From contig NC_087436.1 in NCBI RefSeq assembly GCF_036321535.1, forward strand, positions 37,078,001 through 37,142,000: a stretch of 64,000 nucleotides of DNA. Reading direction: 5' to 3'. Position numbers and translations under genes: made by a program. Under the pieces are notes generated by a model that did not search any database, was not told the origin of the DNA, and saw only the letters and a list, made by a program, of their open reading frames with translations. This document shows positions 37,340 to 51,600 of this stretch, piece after piece. Position 1 is the first letter of the stretch. Each line of letters opens with the position of its first letter. This DNA is from Camelus dromedarius. Its lineage: Eukaryota.

Positions 37340-39890
37340 GTCTTTAAAAGTTTTAATAAAAATAGAATCATCTTTATTTTAAATTGTTGTATGGGATACA
37401 CAGCAATTTAATGAGTATACGCTATTGATGGACATTGCATTTGTTGCCATTTTTCTTCAGATTGTATTTATACAAGTATTGCTGGGTCAATTGGTTTAGA
37501 AATTTCAAGAGTTGGTAGATTTTGACAGTCTCCATCCTAAATGATTGTGTCAGTATATGTGCATCTACTTTCCTACATTATTTGACATTATAGGTCTTTT
37601 AAAAATTTGATATTATAAGGAACAAAAAACAATGAAAACTTATTCATTTGATTTGAAAAATTGAGGGAAGTTTTCTCCTTGTTTCATGTTTATTGGCCAT
37701 TTTAATTTCCTTATCTCCAAGTACATATTCACATTTTCTACCTGTTTTTCTAATGGGTTGTTTATCTCTTTGCAAGTAATTTATATGTGGCAGAGATATA
37801 TAATGACTACATGCATAATGAACATATATACATATATTTAATAATGACTGTATATAAAGTCATTATATGTATATGCATGTATACATACAATACATGTACT
37901 AATCATTTGTCAGTTGGAAGTTGAATCATTTTCTCCTGGTGAGTTGTCTGTGTTTAACTTTGTCATACTGATATTTGCATGGTGCTGTGAGGAATACCCA
38001 CCCACCTCTACCCGAAGTGGAACTGGGTTCATTATTTACCTAGTCTTCTGTTGGTAAACAACATTTTTCCATATATATATAATGTACATTGGTTTGAATC
38101 TCTTTGTGCAAACAACTTTTCACATTTCTTTGACTCTTGGCAGTTGGATAGCTTGGGTTAAAGGTAAAGGAGATACCTAACTTTTTTGTAGATTTTATTA
38201 CAGATTGTCAAGGGCTGATTTGTCCTCCGGAAGGGATATGGCAATTTATACTGCCATCAACAGTGAATGAATGTGCCCACTTCCCTCCACCCTTGCCAAC
38301 TTTGCATTTTGAGGATTTTTAATCTACAAATTTGATAGGTAAAAAAGTGATCATTTGTTGCTTTTATTGGCTTTCATTCTATTATTAGTTTGAGTATTGA
38401 TCATTTTTTTCTTTTGTGAGTTGCCTGTTCATATCTTGCCTATTTTTCTATTGGAGCATTTTTAGTTCCTTATTGACTTTTTTGTTGATATTTACTTTTG
38501 TTCCCTTGGAGAATTTTATTTCCAAATAGGAATATAATGAGGTTAAATCTTCTTCCCTTCCCTAGCTACCAGTCTCCATTTCTCCTTCCTGGTTACCAGA
38601 TTCTTACCTATCCTTGTAGAAGTACAAAATATATATTCATGCATATATATTTGTATCTTTTTAATTTACATAAATGAAGCCATACTGCATGCACATTGTT
38701 TTGTACCTTATTTTTAAAAAGTATAACAATTATTCCCTACTCATTTATTCAACAAATACTTATTGAGAAATTATCATGTGCTAGGCATGATGCTAGTTAT
38801 TTGGGATATATTAGTGAACAAAAAAAGACAACAATTCCTTTCCTCATGGAGTTTATTTACATCCTACGAAGAGGGCTGCTGCTTTTTAACTGCCCTGCAG
38901 TATTCCATATGTAAAGGAAGCACTGTTTACTTACCCAGTTCTTTGGTAATGGCTAATTAGAGGTTCCACGGGTTTTGCTATTTCTAACAACACTGTATAA
39001 GCCTTTGATGTAAATTTTTGATCAATGTATCCATATATCTATAGGATAAAATCTTGGATGTAGAATTTCTAGGTATGTGCATTGTGTTATAGAAATTTTT
39101 TGTTATAGAAATTTGAAAGATAGATATCTTTTATATAAAAGTAGAAGGAATATTTCTACAAAATTTATTCTTATTGATTAGTTAAACATTTTATTTTTCT
39201 TTGTTTGTTCTGAATAATATTCTATTGTCTGGACGTACCACAATTTGTTTATCCATTTACCTGTTGAAGGACATCTTGATTGCTACCAACTTTTGATAAT
39301 AATGAATAAAGCGGCTATAAACATTCATATGCGGGTTTTTGTGTGGATGTAGTTTTCAGCCCATTTGGATAAATACTGAGGAGCACAGTCACTGGATCAT
39401 GTGGTAAGAATATATGTTTAGTTTTTTAAGAACCTGCCAAAGAAGATTTACAGGTAAGTTGATTTGGGGAGGTGTCTGTTCAGATCTTTTGCCCATTTTT
39501 AAGTTGAGTTATTTGTTTTCTTATTGTTGCGTTTTAAGAGTTCTTTATATATTTCAGATATCAGTCCTTTGTTTACAAATATGTCTTTGCAAATATTTTC
39601 TCCCAGTTTGTGGCTTGGTTTTGTACTCTTAGCAGTGTCTTTTGCAGAGCAGAAAGTTTTAATTTTTAATGAAGTTCGACTTTTCAATTTTTTCTTTCCT
39701 AGATCATGATTTTGGTGTTGTATCTAGACTTTTTCCTATGTTATCTTCTAGGAGTTTTATAGTTTCGCACTTTACACTTAGGCCTAGGATCAATTTTGGG
39801 TTGACCTTTGTGAAACGAGTAGGGCCTGTGTCTAGGTTCGTTTTTTATATGTGGGTGTCTTGTTATTCCAGCACCGTTTGTTGAAAAGAC
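37340..39890 (-). mobile_element. Patchwork of ancient L1 (L1MC/ME-like) 3' fragments with an L2 piece at ~38735-38860
   Basis: e.g. gtaccacaatttgtttatccatttacctgttgaaggacatcttg; gcaaatattttctcccagtttgtggcttg; tcatttattcaacaaatacttattgag. Confidence 0.65.
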
Positions 39891-40064
39891 TCACGGATTT
39901 TTAAACACAAAATAATCGTTGGAAGATGAATCCTCATCTCATCAGGCTCCAAAGTTCTGCTCATTAAATTGTCCTATTTTTATTGCTTTTGCCAAATAGA
40001 AATGATTGACATATTCTAAACCTAATGAATTATCAAGCCTTTACTGGCTTAGACTGTTTCCCTA

Positions 40065-40590
40065 TTACCTTTTGGTTGCAAGTGCCAGAAATCCAAACTC
40101 AAACTGTTATAAGCAAACAAAGAAAATTTATTGACTTAGTCACTGAATGACCTAGGCATAGATCTAGCCAAGGTACAGAGATTCAAACTATGTCATTAAA
40201 ATCCAATTTTTCCTTCAACTTTTAGCTCCATTTTTAGATATTTAATATTTGATCATATTTATTAAGTATCTACTTTGTTCCAGACACTGTTTTAGATGCT
40301 GTGGAAGCAGTGGAAAGAAAAGAGGTAAGACTTTTATTGGGTTTATATTCTAGTAAAAGTCTTGTGGTTCACTCTGATTGGACTAGCGTAGATCATGTGC
40401 TCACCCCACGAGTCAGCAGGGGGCTGATCTGGCTTAAGCCTGGGTAACATGTTCCATCCCTACTACAAGGGATGGGCCTGCACTGGACCACACGGTCTAA
40501 GAATGAGATAGGACTGGATGCCCACATGAAAATCAAGGCTGTTGCTGAGAAAAGGCAGAATAGATGCCATGAGACAAGTGACAAATGTTC
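40065..40590 (-). mobile_element. Old MLT1 (K/L-like) LTR with a small L2 insert
   Basis: ggttgcaagtgccagaaatccaaactcaaactg...tctgattggactagc...tcatgtgctcacccc. Confidence 0.55.
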
Positions 40591-42103
40591 CTTTTAACTA
40601 ACGTCTTTAGGATGACTAAGAAAATTCTCCAAGAAGCAATTTCTTTAACTTTGATTCTTGAGGAGTTAGGATATATTAGGATCAACAGGCAAGCTCTTAG
40701 AATATTTATATTTCTTGGGCCTCTATGGAAGAAACCTGATTTTATTTAGAGTTGCACATGTGAGGCTCCCTTGCCAATGAGTTAAAAGCTAGCATTGCTG
40801 GACAATGTGCTCTCTTTAAAAGGAGGAAGTGCTAGGGCACGCCCTCTTGCTCTTGCTGCCTTGCTCTTTCCTGTTGCTTGAAGTGTGTTCATGACGGCTT
40901 CAGCTCCAGCAGTGCCCTTGGAACATTAGCCCGGCAATATGATAGAAGTCGGTGCTGAGAATGGCAGGTGTCTATGGAGTGCGTATAGGATGAGTATGAG
41001 AAGACTGCTTCTCATGTCCATCTGTGTATGTGTGACTTAATGTGGACAAAGTCTGTTCACTTCAAAATTTCTCAGGTAACAAACGCCTAAATTACTCCAT
41101 ATATTTACTCCTCCTACATACTGTCAATGCACTGGTGTCTCTGAATGCTTCTAATCCAGATGTGGAAAAGATGAATTTCCAATCAACAGAGATGCTAATC
41201 AGATATGAATTTATGCTAATGTTAGATGGTCACAGTGCTAATTTTTATGTAGGGCATGGAGTACATATAGGACTTTTGAATGGACCACTCATAATTGGCC
41301 ATAAAACCATAATAAAATTTGATAAGAATCATCTGAAATCACATTATCATAGTCAAAAATGGCTTTCTTAGTCATAATATTTATTGAGCTCCAAACACTG
41401 CATAGTAAACATGATTAGGATTCAGGGCATCTTGAGGGATTCACTACATCCTGAGGTTTCTGGGTAGTGTATTTGTTCCCCACCAATATCTCAGGAGAAC
41501 AAAGATTATGCAATTGGTGAAATTCTTTGGAATTAGAGAATAATTGGAGAAGCTTTTGGGAATGTAAAGTGGACAATATAATGAGATTTTCTTTTTTAAA
41601 TGTTTTTCTTCTGATACTAAATATGAGCTTTGAAATACGTTATTTGATTATGTGGCCATTTCAGTTTTTGTTGGCATATAAATTACTTTAATTGCTCTTA
41701 TTTCCGTCCTAGAGCCTTGTACCACAGATGTGAAAGTACTTAAAAAGTTAAAATTGCCCTCACAAATGTAAGTTATCGACGTCATGTCTGTATCATTATC
41801 CTGCCATTTTTTTGTCTGAGGCAATATCAAAAAGGGCATAATCTTTGAAGGAGAACAAATAAAAATAGGAATTTTACATATCCCAAATACATATATGTTT
41901 GGGTTAATTTAATAATTCCATCTCTACTGCTATGGATACATTATCTCCTAAACTTAGTACTTTTGTGTGGGTCACAGTTTTACCTCAGCTGCTTCTCAGT
42001 TTCTTTTAATGGTTTGTTTGATGTCCCCTCTGTTTGGTTGAAATTCTAACAAAGGGGACACAAACTCAGATGCCTTCAAAGGTCAGGTAGGAAGCATAAA
42101 GCT

Positions 42104-42316
42104 GTGTGTGCTTCTGTGTGTATGTGTGTGCATGGTTATGTATGTATATATGTATTTGTATATATATGTGTAAGTGTGTGTGGTTGTGTGTGTTTGTGTA
42201 TTGTATTGTACTATAGTTGTGTGTATTTCTGGGATTGTGTGTTTGTAGTTATGTGTGTCTGTAGGGATGTGTGTGTGTGTCTGTGTGCACACACACACAA
42301 GCACACCCATGCACAT
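42104..42316. repeat. Degenerate (TG)/(TA) low-complexity repeat
   Basis: Directly visible. Confidence 0.9.
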
Positions 42317-43139
42317 GAGGTGAGAGGTGAGGACCTATGACTGACTGCATGGTACCTGCTCTGTTTTTAGATGTGCTTGTTCACAAATCTAAAATGACTC
42401 TGCTGGCCAAACAAAATGCTGTAGGAAGCAAGTCTTTATGCTCAGTCTCTAAAATGCCTTGGTAGCACAAATAAATCATAATGTTTACTAAATGCAATAA
42501 TATTTAGTCATTTAAAAATGAGACATGGCCAAACAAAAGGTAAGTAAATTGACCTTTTTATGAAAAAAAAAGATAAAAATGAGACATGGGAAGTCTACGT
42601 AGAAACAAGAACAATGTTGTAATATCATGCAAAGAAAAAGTCTGACCATAAAATTTTGTATTTACCATCATGCTAACAATGTAAAATATACATATAAAAA
42701 TGCTGCAAGGGAATATGTAAAAATGAGAAATAGTTGTAATAGTGGAATATGAGATTCCCAATCTATTTTCTAAACTTTAAAAAAGTTGCTTTACTGCTTT
42801 TATAACTGAAAACTAAATTTATTAAAATTTAGGAAAGCCACATTGTGAAATATATTTGTTCTTAATATCCTGATCTCTGACACGTGGGATGAGGCCCAGC
42901 CTATCCTGGCTGTGAAGCTCTCAGGCAGGACTTACCTGATCCATTTGCCTGAAAATCCTGGGTCTCTGAAACTCCTGTGATAGAGGCCCTTCTGTGTGAC
43001 TTTTGTAAGATATTTAAAATATATCTTTATTTCTTTTTCTGAGTATAAAAGTAATGTATACTCAGTACAAATACTTAAACATTCCATTAAGATATTCCAT
43101 AATCCTCTACTCCTTAATGGATTACTATATTTGCCTCAT

Positions 43140-44299
43140 ATTTTTCCATGTACATAATAACATTTATGTATATATATATATATTTTAAATATAAGATCTA
43201 CTCTCTCAGAAAATTTTAAATATGCAGTACAATATCATTAGCTGTAGGCACTGTGCTGTATAGGTCTCCAAAATTATTCATCTTTTATAACTAAAACTTA
43301 CTACCCTTTGACCATTATCTCTCCATTTCTCCCTCCTCTTAGCCCCTGGCAACCACCATTCTTTCTGTGTCTGGCTTATTTCACTTAGCATATGTCCTCC
43401 AGGTCCACCTTTGTTGTCACAAATGACAAATTTTCCCTTTTTATGGCTGAATAATATTCCATTGTATGTTATATATGGAAATTGTTAAAAGAAAAAATCC
43501 TAAGAGTTATCACAAGAAAATTTTTTTCCTATATGAGATAATGGATGTTCACAAAACATTGTTAATTATATATATACTATATATAATATAATATTAATTA
43601 TATTTATCATGTATATTGTATCCTTGGTACTTATTTATCTTATAATTGGATGTTTGTACATTTGACTGCCTTCATCCAATTTCCTCTCCCCGCCCCAACC
43701 CCTGCCTCTGGTAACCACAAATCTGATCTCTTTTTCTATGAGTTTGTTTGTTTTTGAAGTATTATTGACTTACAATACTATATTAGTTCTTGTTACACAG
43801 CATAATGATTCAACATTTCTATACATTTCAAACTGATCACCACAATAAATCTAGTTACAATATGTCACCATACCAAGATATTGCATAGTTACTAATTATA
43901 TTCCATACACTGGACATTTCGTACCCATGATTGACTTATTTTGCAATGGAAAATTTGTACCTCTTAATCTCCCTCATCTGTTTACTGCCCCTCAACCCTC
44001 TTCACCTCTGGCAAATATGTTTTTGTTTTCTGTATCTATAACTCTGTTTATGTTTCATGTTCATTTGTTTCATTTTTTTAGATTCTACATATAAGTGAAA
44101 TCATGTTTGTTTTTCTCTGATTTTTTTCACTTAGCATAGTACCCTCTAGGTCCATCCAATTTGTCATGAATGGCAAGATTTCATTCTTTTTTATGGCTGA
44201 GTAATATATATATACCCACACCCATATGTATGTATATATATACTATATACACACATATGTATACATATACACACACACATATATATACATATATATACA

Positions 44300-44359
<60 letters not shown>

Positions 44360-44800
44360 CACACACACACATACCACATCTTTATCCATCCATCTATTGA
44401 TGGGCACTTAGGTTGCTTCCCTATCTTGGATATTGTAAATAATACTGCAGTGAACATAGGGGTGCAGTTATCTCTTTGAGATCCTGTTTTCATTTCTTTG
44501 AATAAATAACCAGAAGTGATATTGCTGGATCATATGGTAGTTCTATTTTTTAATTATTTGAAGACTCATCATACTGTTTTCCTTAGTGGCTGCACCAATT
44601 TACATTCCCACCAACAGAGTACAAATGTTCCCTTTCCTCCACATTCTTGCCAACTCCTATCTTTTGTTTTTTAATAATAGCCATTCTAACAGGTGTGAAG
44701 TGATGTCTTGTGGCTTCGATTTGCATTTCCCTGATAATTAATGATGTTGAACACATTTTCATAAACCTGTTAACTATTTGTATATTATTTTTGGAAAACC
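43140..44800 (-). mobile_element. Nested L1 3' fragments (L1MA/MB-like) with an internal (TA)/(CA) microsatellite at ~44205-44372
   Basis: Minus-strand ORF2 C-terminal remnants ([30 protein letters not shown]) and L1 3'UTR motifs. Confidence 0.85.
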
Positions 44801-44933
44801 ACAAAGTGATACCTACTCTGTATATTGTTTTTCTTATTTGCCTTTTTCATACAACAGTATGTTTTTAACAATTTTTATTCACATTACTTTTTAATTTGAA
44901 TCATGTTATTTATAATCACACTGGATATTTCTT

Positions 44934-45122
44934 TTTTTTAACATTTTTTATTGATTTATAATCATTTTACAATGTTGTGTCAAATTCAAGTGTAGAGCAC
45001 AATTTTTCAGTCATACATGAACATATATATATATTCATTGTCACATTTTTTGCTCTGTGAGTTACCATAAGATCTGTGTATATTTCCCTGTGCTTTACAG
45101 TAAAATCTTGTTTATCTATTCT
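44934..45122 (-). mobile_element. Young 5'-truncated L1 3' end, same family as the 1-5370 element
   Basis: Near-identical to the reverse complement of ~5185-5370. Perfect 12-bp TSD TGGATATTTCTT (44922-44933, 45123-45134) at a TCTT/AAA endonuclease site. Confidence 0.92.
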
Positions 45123-46444
45123 TGGATATTTCTTAAATATAATTTAATGGCTAGTCTGTCTTGGAGAAATATCAGTAAAGCTAAGTTACTAATTGTCCAA
45201 TACAGCTAATTCATCAACATATTCTCACTCTGCTTCAAAAGTTACAGGTGGTGCCCTTATAGCAATGGCGGCTAAGTAGCATGGCTTTTATCCTTCTGAA
45301 GATCCCTTTTAGGATAATAACACTAATATGTTCTTTATTCTAACACACTCACTATAAATTTATCCTGCTTTGATCGTCACCTTTACTTCTCTCTCCTGCT
45401 TTTAGTAGCCTTACTATATAGACTTGGCTGAAAGCAGTAAGTTATCATAGACCATAGACCAATACAGACTTTCAGTTTTGACCAAGATTCATAGTAAGAA
45501 ATGCATTTTGCCTTGTGACCCAGTACACAGACAGGTATGTGAAAATAAACACATTTCACTGTATAGTTTATGGATGTGAAATACACTCTGGTATTTTCTG
45601 TTTTAATCTAATTATATTCTAGTTTATTTTGTGTCATTAAAAAATACTGTTTGCCCCCCTCCCAGTCCACCCACTAAATTGATTTCAGGACCCACTCATG
45701 AGTCTCGGTTTGAGTTTTATAGAACAGATGAGAAGGTAACGTCTGCCTTGTAGCTGGAGGAAAGCCACATTACCAACGAAGATAAAATCTACTGCTCCTC
45801 AGAGAGTCTTCCTATCTCAGCTACAATCTAAATTACTAATGTTTAAAAGCTAGCCTTGGTAAGATCTTATATATTTAGAAAAACATCTTTGAAACATAAC
45901 ATATATGAAATGTATCTTGATACTGAGAAAAAAGCTATTCTTGCTATTTTAAGATCTTCCTGGAGTTTTAAAATGAAGACTGATCATCTTATATATTTTT
46001 ATTTTTATATTTTTATTCAAAAAATATGTTGGAGAAGGTAATCATGTGACTGTTTAGATACTTGGCCCTTCTCCCCTCAGTGGGATTCTTACTGCTTTAT
46101 TTGAATTCATGGTTGTCTGTGGGGCCTTATTATCACCCCAACACTTCAGGACATGTTACCATTGGATTACAATAGTGTGTTGTAACAGATTACTTTTTCT
46201 CCTTCAACTCTCAGCTTGATACATTTCTTTTTAAAAGGCACTCTAAAACAAGGCCCAATAGCTAGTCTAAAAAGGTGCAAATTTTTGTGCATTTTAAGTT
46301 CTGCATGCATCTACATTTTGTTGTGTCCCATAAGCAGCGACATATGTTTTGATGTACAAGCTTGGACTAGTTAGGATGAAATTCTCTGCATTTCTTTACT
46401 CCTTTGTCTTTGAACTGTCAGTAGTGGAGGGCAGAAATTAAACC

Positions 46445-46860
46445 TGTATTACGGGACTGTGGTAGGGTTGAGAGGAGCCAGTGAAGGCTGATGAAGCCCC
46501 CAGGCTTAGGGACAGTGGGGAGCCGGAGCTTATACCACCCCTCAGTCTAAACCGTAAAGGGAAGTGTGGTTCCCAGGACCTAGGAGAGTAGTGGCAGGAG
46601 ACAGCCTCTTGACAGAGGCCAAGGTCTTTGGAAGAGGGACCCACCCAACCCAGTGTGACTCAGCAGGGAGGAAACAGAGGGCTAAAATACTCAGATTGCA
46701 CAATCTTCCTAACCATTTCCTAACAGTTCCTCCCAGTAGCCAAACCTAGCCAGCAGCCAGAGACAAGGGAGCCCACTGATGCTCCTTCTGGGGCTCAGAG
46801 CAGGGTGGACAAAGGGAAAATATAGATCTGGAGGGTCCAATAGAAAATAATACAGCACAC
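46445..46860 (-). mobile_element. LTR33-like (ERVL) LTR
   Basis: cagagcagggtggacaaagg...gatctggagggtccaatagaaaataatacagcaca. Confidence 0.55.
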
Positions 46861-47970
46861 AGATCTACTTCAGGATTTTAATGGCTATATGTATCCCCTT
46901 ATATCTAGTACCATCATTTATATAACAAGCCCTGCCTAGATGGGTATTTAGATTATTTTCAATTATTTATTAGTTTAAGAGTAACTTTGGAAGTCTTTAT
47001 TAGCTCAGTCATTGTACATATACATATTTTCTTAAGCTGAATTCCTAGAAATAGAATTGTTACATTAAAGCATGTGCACATTTTGTATTTCTGTCATTGT
47101 TAGATTTATTTCTAATAAGTTACAACCATTTATACTCTACCCAACAGAACATCAAAGTGTTCATTTCCTTACACCTTTGCAAAAAGCTTTTGTTAGTCTT
47201 TTATACCTTTTCCAATATAATAGATTAAAAAAAATCTCTTTACTTTTAGTTTTAAAACTATTGGTGAAATTGAACATCTTTTCATAAGTTAATTGGCCAT
47301 TAGGTAGTTTTTATGTAATACATGTCATATTAATACTGGGGTACAAGCAAAAAATGAGAAGTAAAAAATTAATTACATTGTTATAATTACCATATAAGGT
47401 GGAGTCAGCTCCTTAGTAAACATGATACCCTAAAAAGATAAGTTGTTCAGTTGATAATTTGCCCAGTGGGAGTTATATAAATAATTTAAGTCATTAGCAT
47501 CTTTAGGAACAAGTAATGCTGTGGAATTTCGAACCAGCTGTGAACGGACTCGATTGCCTTGTAGATACATGTGGGAAAGCCGAACTTTACCTGCATGAGA
47601 GATGACAAAGGATCATTTGGATTCTTTCATGTGAGAACTCTTTAAAATGTCTCTTTCCTGGGATAAACATATGAAGTTTCTTTTCGAAGATGCCATACTC
47701 TACCATTTCTGTTTGCTCTCCTCTGGAAGCCATCCAATTTGATAATATTCCACTTAGAGTGGTGCAGTTGGCATGGGTGTGGGTAAGCGAGTCCTCTCAC
47801 ACACTCTGGAAGGAGTGTGAATCTGAACAGATAGATGGGAGGACAATTTGGCAGAGTATCTACTAACATTTAAACTGCACAGAAGCAGGAATTCTACCTT
47901 TTCCTATCTCTTACAGAGAAACACATAGATGTGCAATAGGTAACATTGTGCACCTGACAGTCAGTCCATT

Positions 47971-48617
47971 TGATACAGGAAAATGTGGGGCGAGAGGATG
48001 GTCTTGTCCTGGGTCTCAGATAGGTCCCTGGGCTGCACCCTGGCAAGTGAGGGTCCTTGGATTTGCACAGGAAAGAATTCAAGAGTGAGCTACGGTTGAG
48101 TAAAAGTAGATTTATTCAGAGAGATACATACTCCATAGAGGGCAGGCTGTCTCAGAAGGCAAGAGAAAGGCCACGAGGTGCGGGACAGGTGTTTAGTTTA
48201 AAGTAAAAATAGTTACATACTCTACAGACAGTGCAGCCGTCTCACTCAGAAGGGAGAGTGGCCATGAGGTGTGAGAGCTCTTAGGTTTTATGAGCTCGGT
48301 AGATTCATATGCTAACAAGTGGGAGGGTTATTCCAAATACTTTGGGGAAGGGGCAGGGATTCCCAGGAATTGGGCTACCACCCACTTTTTGACCTTTTGT
48401 GGTCCAACCTCAGAACTGTCATGGTGCCTATGGGAGTGCAAATCACCATGCTAATATATTACAGTGAGATGTAATGAAGTTCAAGGTCTACCGGAAGTCA
48501 AATCTCCTGCCATCTTGGGCCTCCTGGTCTGTTGGGAGTTGACTTTTCTCCCACCTTGGTTTTCACTGCTGTGTCATTCCTTGAATGGTTGTGCCCTGCC
48601 CCTTCCTTCCTGTCTCA
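47971..48617 (-). mobile_element. Solo LTR (ERV1-like), copy B
   Basis: Same termini as copy A with perfect 4-bp TSD CATT. Minus-strand AATAAA (agatttattc on +). Confidence 0.88.
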
Positions 48618-51600
48618 CATTTACAATGGGTTAGTGGCGGGAACTAAAGGGACCAGTGGGTTAGAGCAAAGGGCAACCCTCCAGTACACAGTAGAATCAG
48701 ACAGCAAAGCAACTGAGCTAGATGCCTCGTCGTAGGAGCTAGGTCCGCAGAGTGATCAGCAGCATTGGGCAGTCAATCAGAATTTTGTTTCAGGCTTAGT
48801 GGGTGTCTGGTCTGTGACAGAAGGACTGATTCCAGATTCCCCATGGCCAGCATACCAGGCATGGTGAGGTGGCTGGGACCCTTTCTAACCTGGCAGGCTC
48901 AGTAGATTCTAAGCAGGAACAGCTGGAGTTGAAGGAGCTGGAAACCATGGACCTACATCTAGGATGTTATCTTCACCCCTGCAAAATAAGAAGTATGATT
49001 CAGTGGTTTTCAGATGGCTTCATTTCTAAATGCTCACCAACTATATTTTTAAATACAGAATTTTAAAGTGGATCGACATTAAACCTGTCTTCATAATTTG
49101 CAGACTCCTCACCTCTATCCACTCTGCTAGCTTTTTGAAAACAGGATCATTTGCCTGCCTCCAAACTCAAAGTTTCCACCCTTTTTCTGTGATTCCTCTA
49201 TGTCCCTTGCAGTCTTGGTGTGAAACCATCTCTGCCAACCATGGCTTCTCAGAACCCAAGTGGAGGAAGGGAGGGCATTTGGACAACAGCTTTCTTGACA
49301 GCTAAAATTGCCAATCACTACTACAGTTGTCTCTGTGCCAGTTTTTCCTCTGAATTAAACTGCAATATTATATCTGATGTCTGGCCGGGATGCCAGTCTT
49401 AAAAGAACTTCACTTTTCTCTCTCCTGCATCTTACTTCCAACTGAAGTGATCCCACAGTTCCACTCTGCAGTCGATGGATTTCTCTCAGCCCACATTGAA
49501 GAGCTCTAATCTGTTAGAGAAACAGTATTTAAAAGCTTGGACACTGATGCCAGACTGTTGCATTCAAATCCTGGTTCCATTACTTCCCTATGTCTCAGTC
49601 TACCATCTGAAAAATAGAGATAATCCTTGTAAAACACCTTGCAGATACATGACCATACGTGACATGTAGCAGGTGTTCCATCGATGTGAGCTAGTGTTCC
49701 TCTGAGACGAGATTTACTCTTTCATCACCGAGTTCTAGCTGTCTGTCCCATTTCGCCATGTCTTCTGTCTGACACAGCATTCACTTCCTTTGGCTAAAAT
49801 TTCAAGTGAACTTGATTCATAATCTAGGCTTTGTTAATTTGTACGTAAACATGTGAGGTCATAATACTGTTCCCAATCCAATTCCTTGTTCTCTGGCAAG
49901 ACTCATTAGTCTGCTCTGATGTCACTGTTCTTTTCATGTCATACCTGGTATTCTCTGTACAAGCACAGTTTTATCTGGGCATTTTCCCTTCCCTGCAAAT
50001 TTCAGACCTGCACTCTTCTGCCAGATGTCTTCCTTCCAGCCCATGCGAAAACACTGCAGCCTCTGCAAGAATCCACTGTTCCTAAAATCTAAATTCATCC
50101 CTACCCGTAAAGAATGCTGTCTGGTCACTTCTCACATCCTCCTTTATCTTGCAAAGTCACAGCCTTTTCTGGGAAGGAAAGATAAAAACACATCTTGTGC
50201 CCTGGAGTCCTCCAGCTTCCTGCCTAGAACTTCAAAATGCAAAGAGAGATCTTTTGAATAGTTCTAACTATGTTCTGTTGGCCCAGATGAATCATTACAA
50301 GTTAGCAGTACTAAAAGGACGTGATCAATGCCAGCAGACTCTTTGACCTAACTTGGACATAATGAAAAGCTAACAGCACGTGGGCACAGAGCTAATGAGC
50401 ATCTGAGTCGTCGAGGAGGAGAGAGATGCAAGGTTAGACTCTAAATATTTCCGGTGGGAGCTCTCTGATGTTCAGGAGGGTCTGAAGGTGATAAACTCAT
50501 TATGCTCGTGAGGCTTCTGCCCAGCCAGGCACAGGAGATGCTCCGAGGGTCACTGCGCGTCTGCCTTCTCCAGTGTGTGTTCTGTGATGAAGGATAAGAG
50601 GAGCAGGGACCGAAGTGCCTCCACATTCATTATACCTAGAGGTTTTATTCTATGTAAAGTGTCTGAATTATCATAGAAACCTTTCCCATATGTATAATCG
50701 TAGCTGGGTCCTTTCTCCCGCAGGAGTTTATGATGTATAACAAGATGTGAGCTCAGACCTCAGGTGAACACTTCTCTCCACATTCGTTAGATTCAATTAA
50801 ATTCACAGTCTCACTCTCAATTTTCTTCTGTGAAACTTCTGTGCTGGGAGAGGGAGTCTGCCTTTCGTATTTCATCTTACCTCTTAGATCTGCCCTCAAA
50901 AACTGCAGTTCCCTCCAAAAGTGGGGCTTGGGGGAGTCTTTTGATTATTTCCATGGGTGCCCACCATGTTTTCATCTCGGAGTGATGACCATAAAGGCGT
51001 CTGCTAATGTTAAGTATTTACCATGTGGCAGGCTCTGTGCTGATGGGCAGTTACTCAGTCCCGACTGACATCAACCCCAAGGAGGGTGCTCTTCTTATGC
51101 CTGTGTCATCACCCACACCTCCTTTCCTTCCCACACTGCACCCACAGCCCAGGGCACCCCGATCTCCCCTTAGCCTTGAGTCCTGGGGTCCACCATTGTG
51201 ACCAGAGGATTCCACACCCCTCAGTGTGTTTTGGGGAACACAGTGCCACCCTGACTGCCCTTAAATCCTTGTGGTCACCAGGTGGGAATTCGGGATTGCA
51301 AAGAACTCTCCAGAAAACAGACTCACTGTGACTGTGGGGAGAGCCACCTCCAACATGTTGCTTGTGATTTCACTGAGGTGAAATTGCTTATCAAAATCAA
51401 AGCCAAACTTCTTTTATAAAAGCACATTTTAGCTATTTCAGTGATAGCAGAGTGGGGTATATCAGAAATACTGCATTGTTTTGAAGATGTTCTAAATGTA
51501 GTAACTCCATTTACACTTACTCTTAAGCACAACCATTCTTAGATTTACAGTTCTTGTTACTAGTTCTAATGCTTTCCATGAATGCTTGGATTAACATTTC

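Noticed and set aside
42083..44493. His/Thr/Tyr- or Cys/Val-rich ORFs
   Set aside because: Translations of (CA)/(TG)/(TA) microsatellites.
35876..48617. Full provirus bounded by two LTRs
   Set aside because: Each LTR has its own distinct TSD, and the interior is ordinary old L1/MLT/unique DNA with no gag, pol or env.
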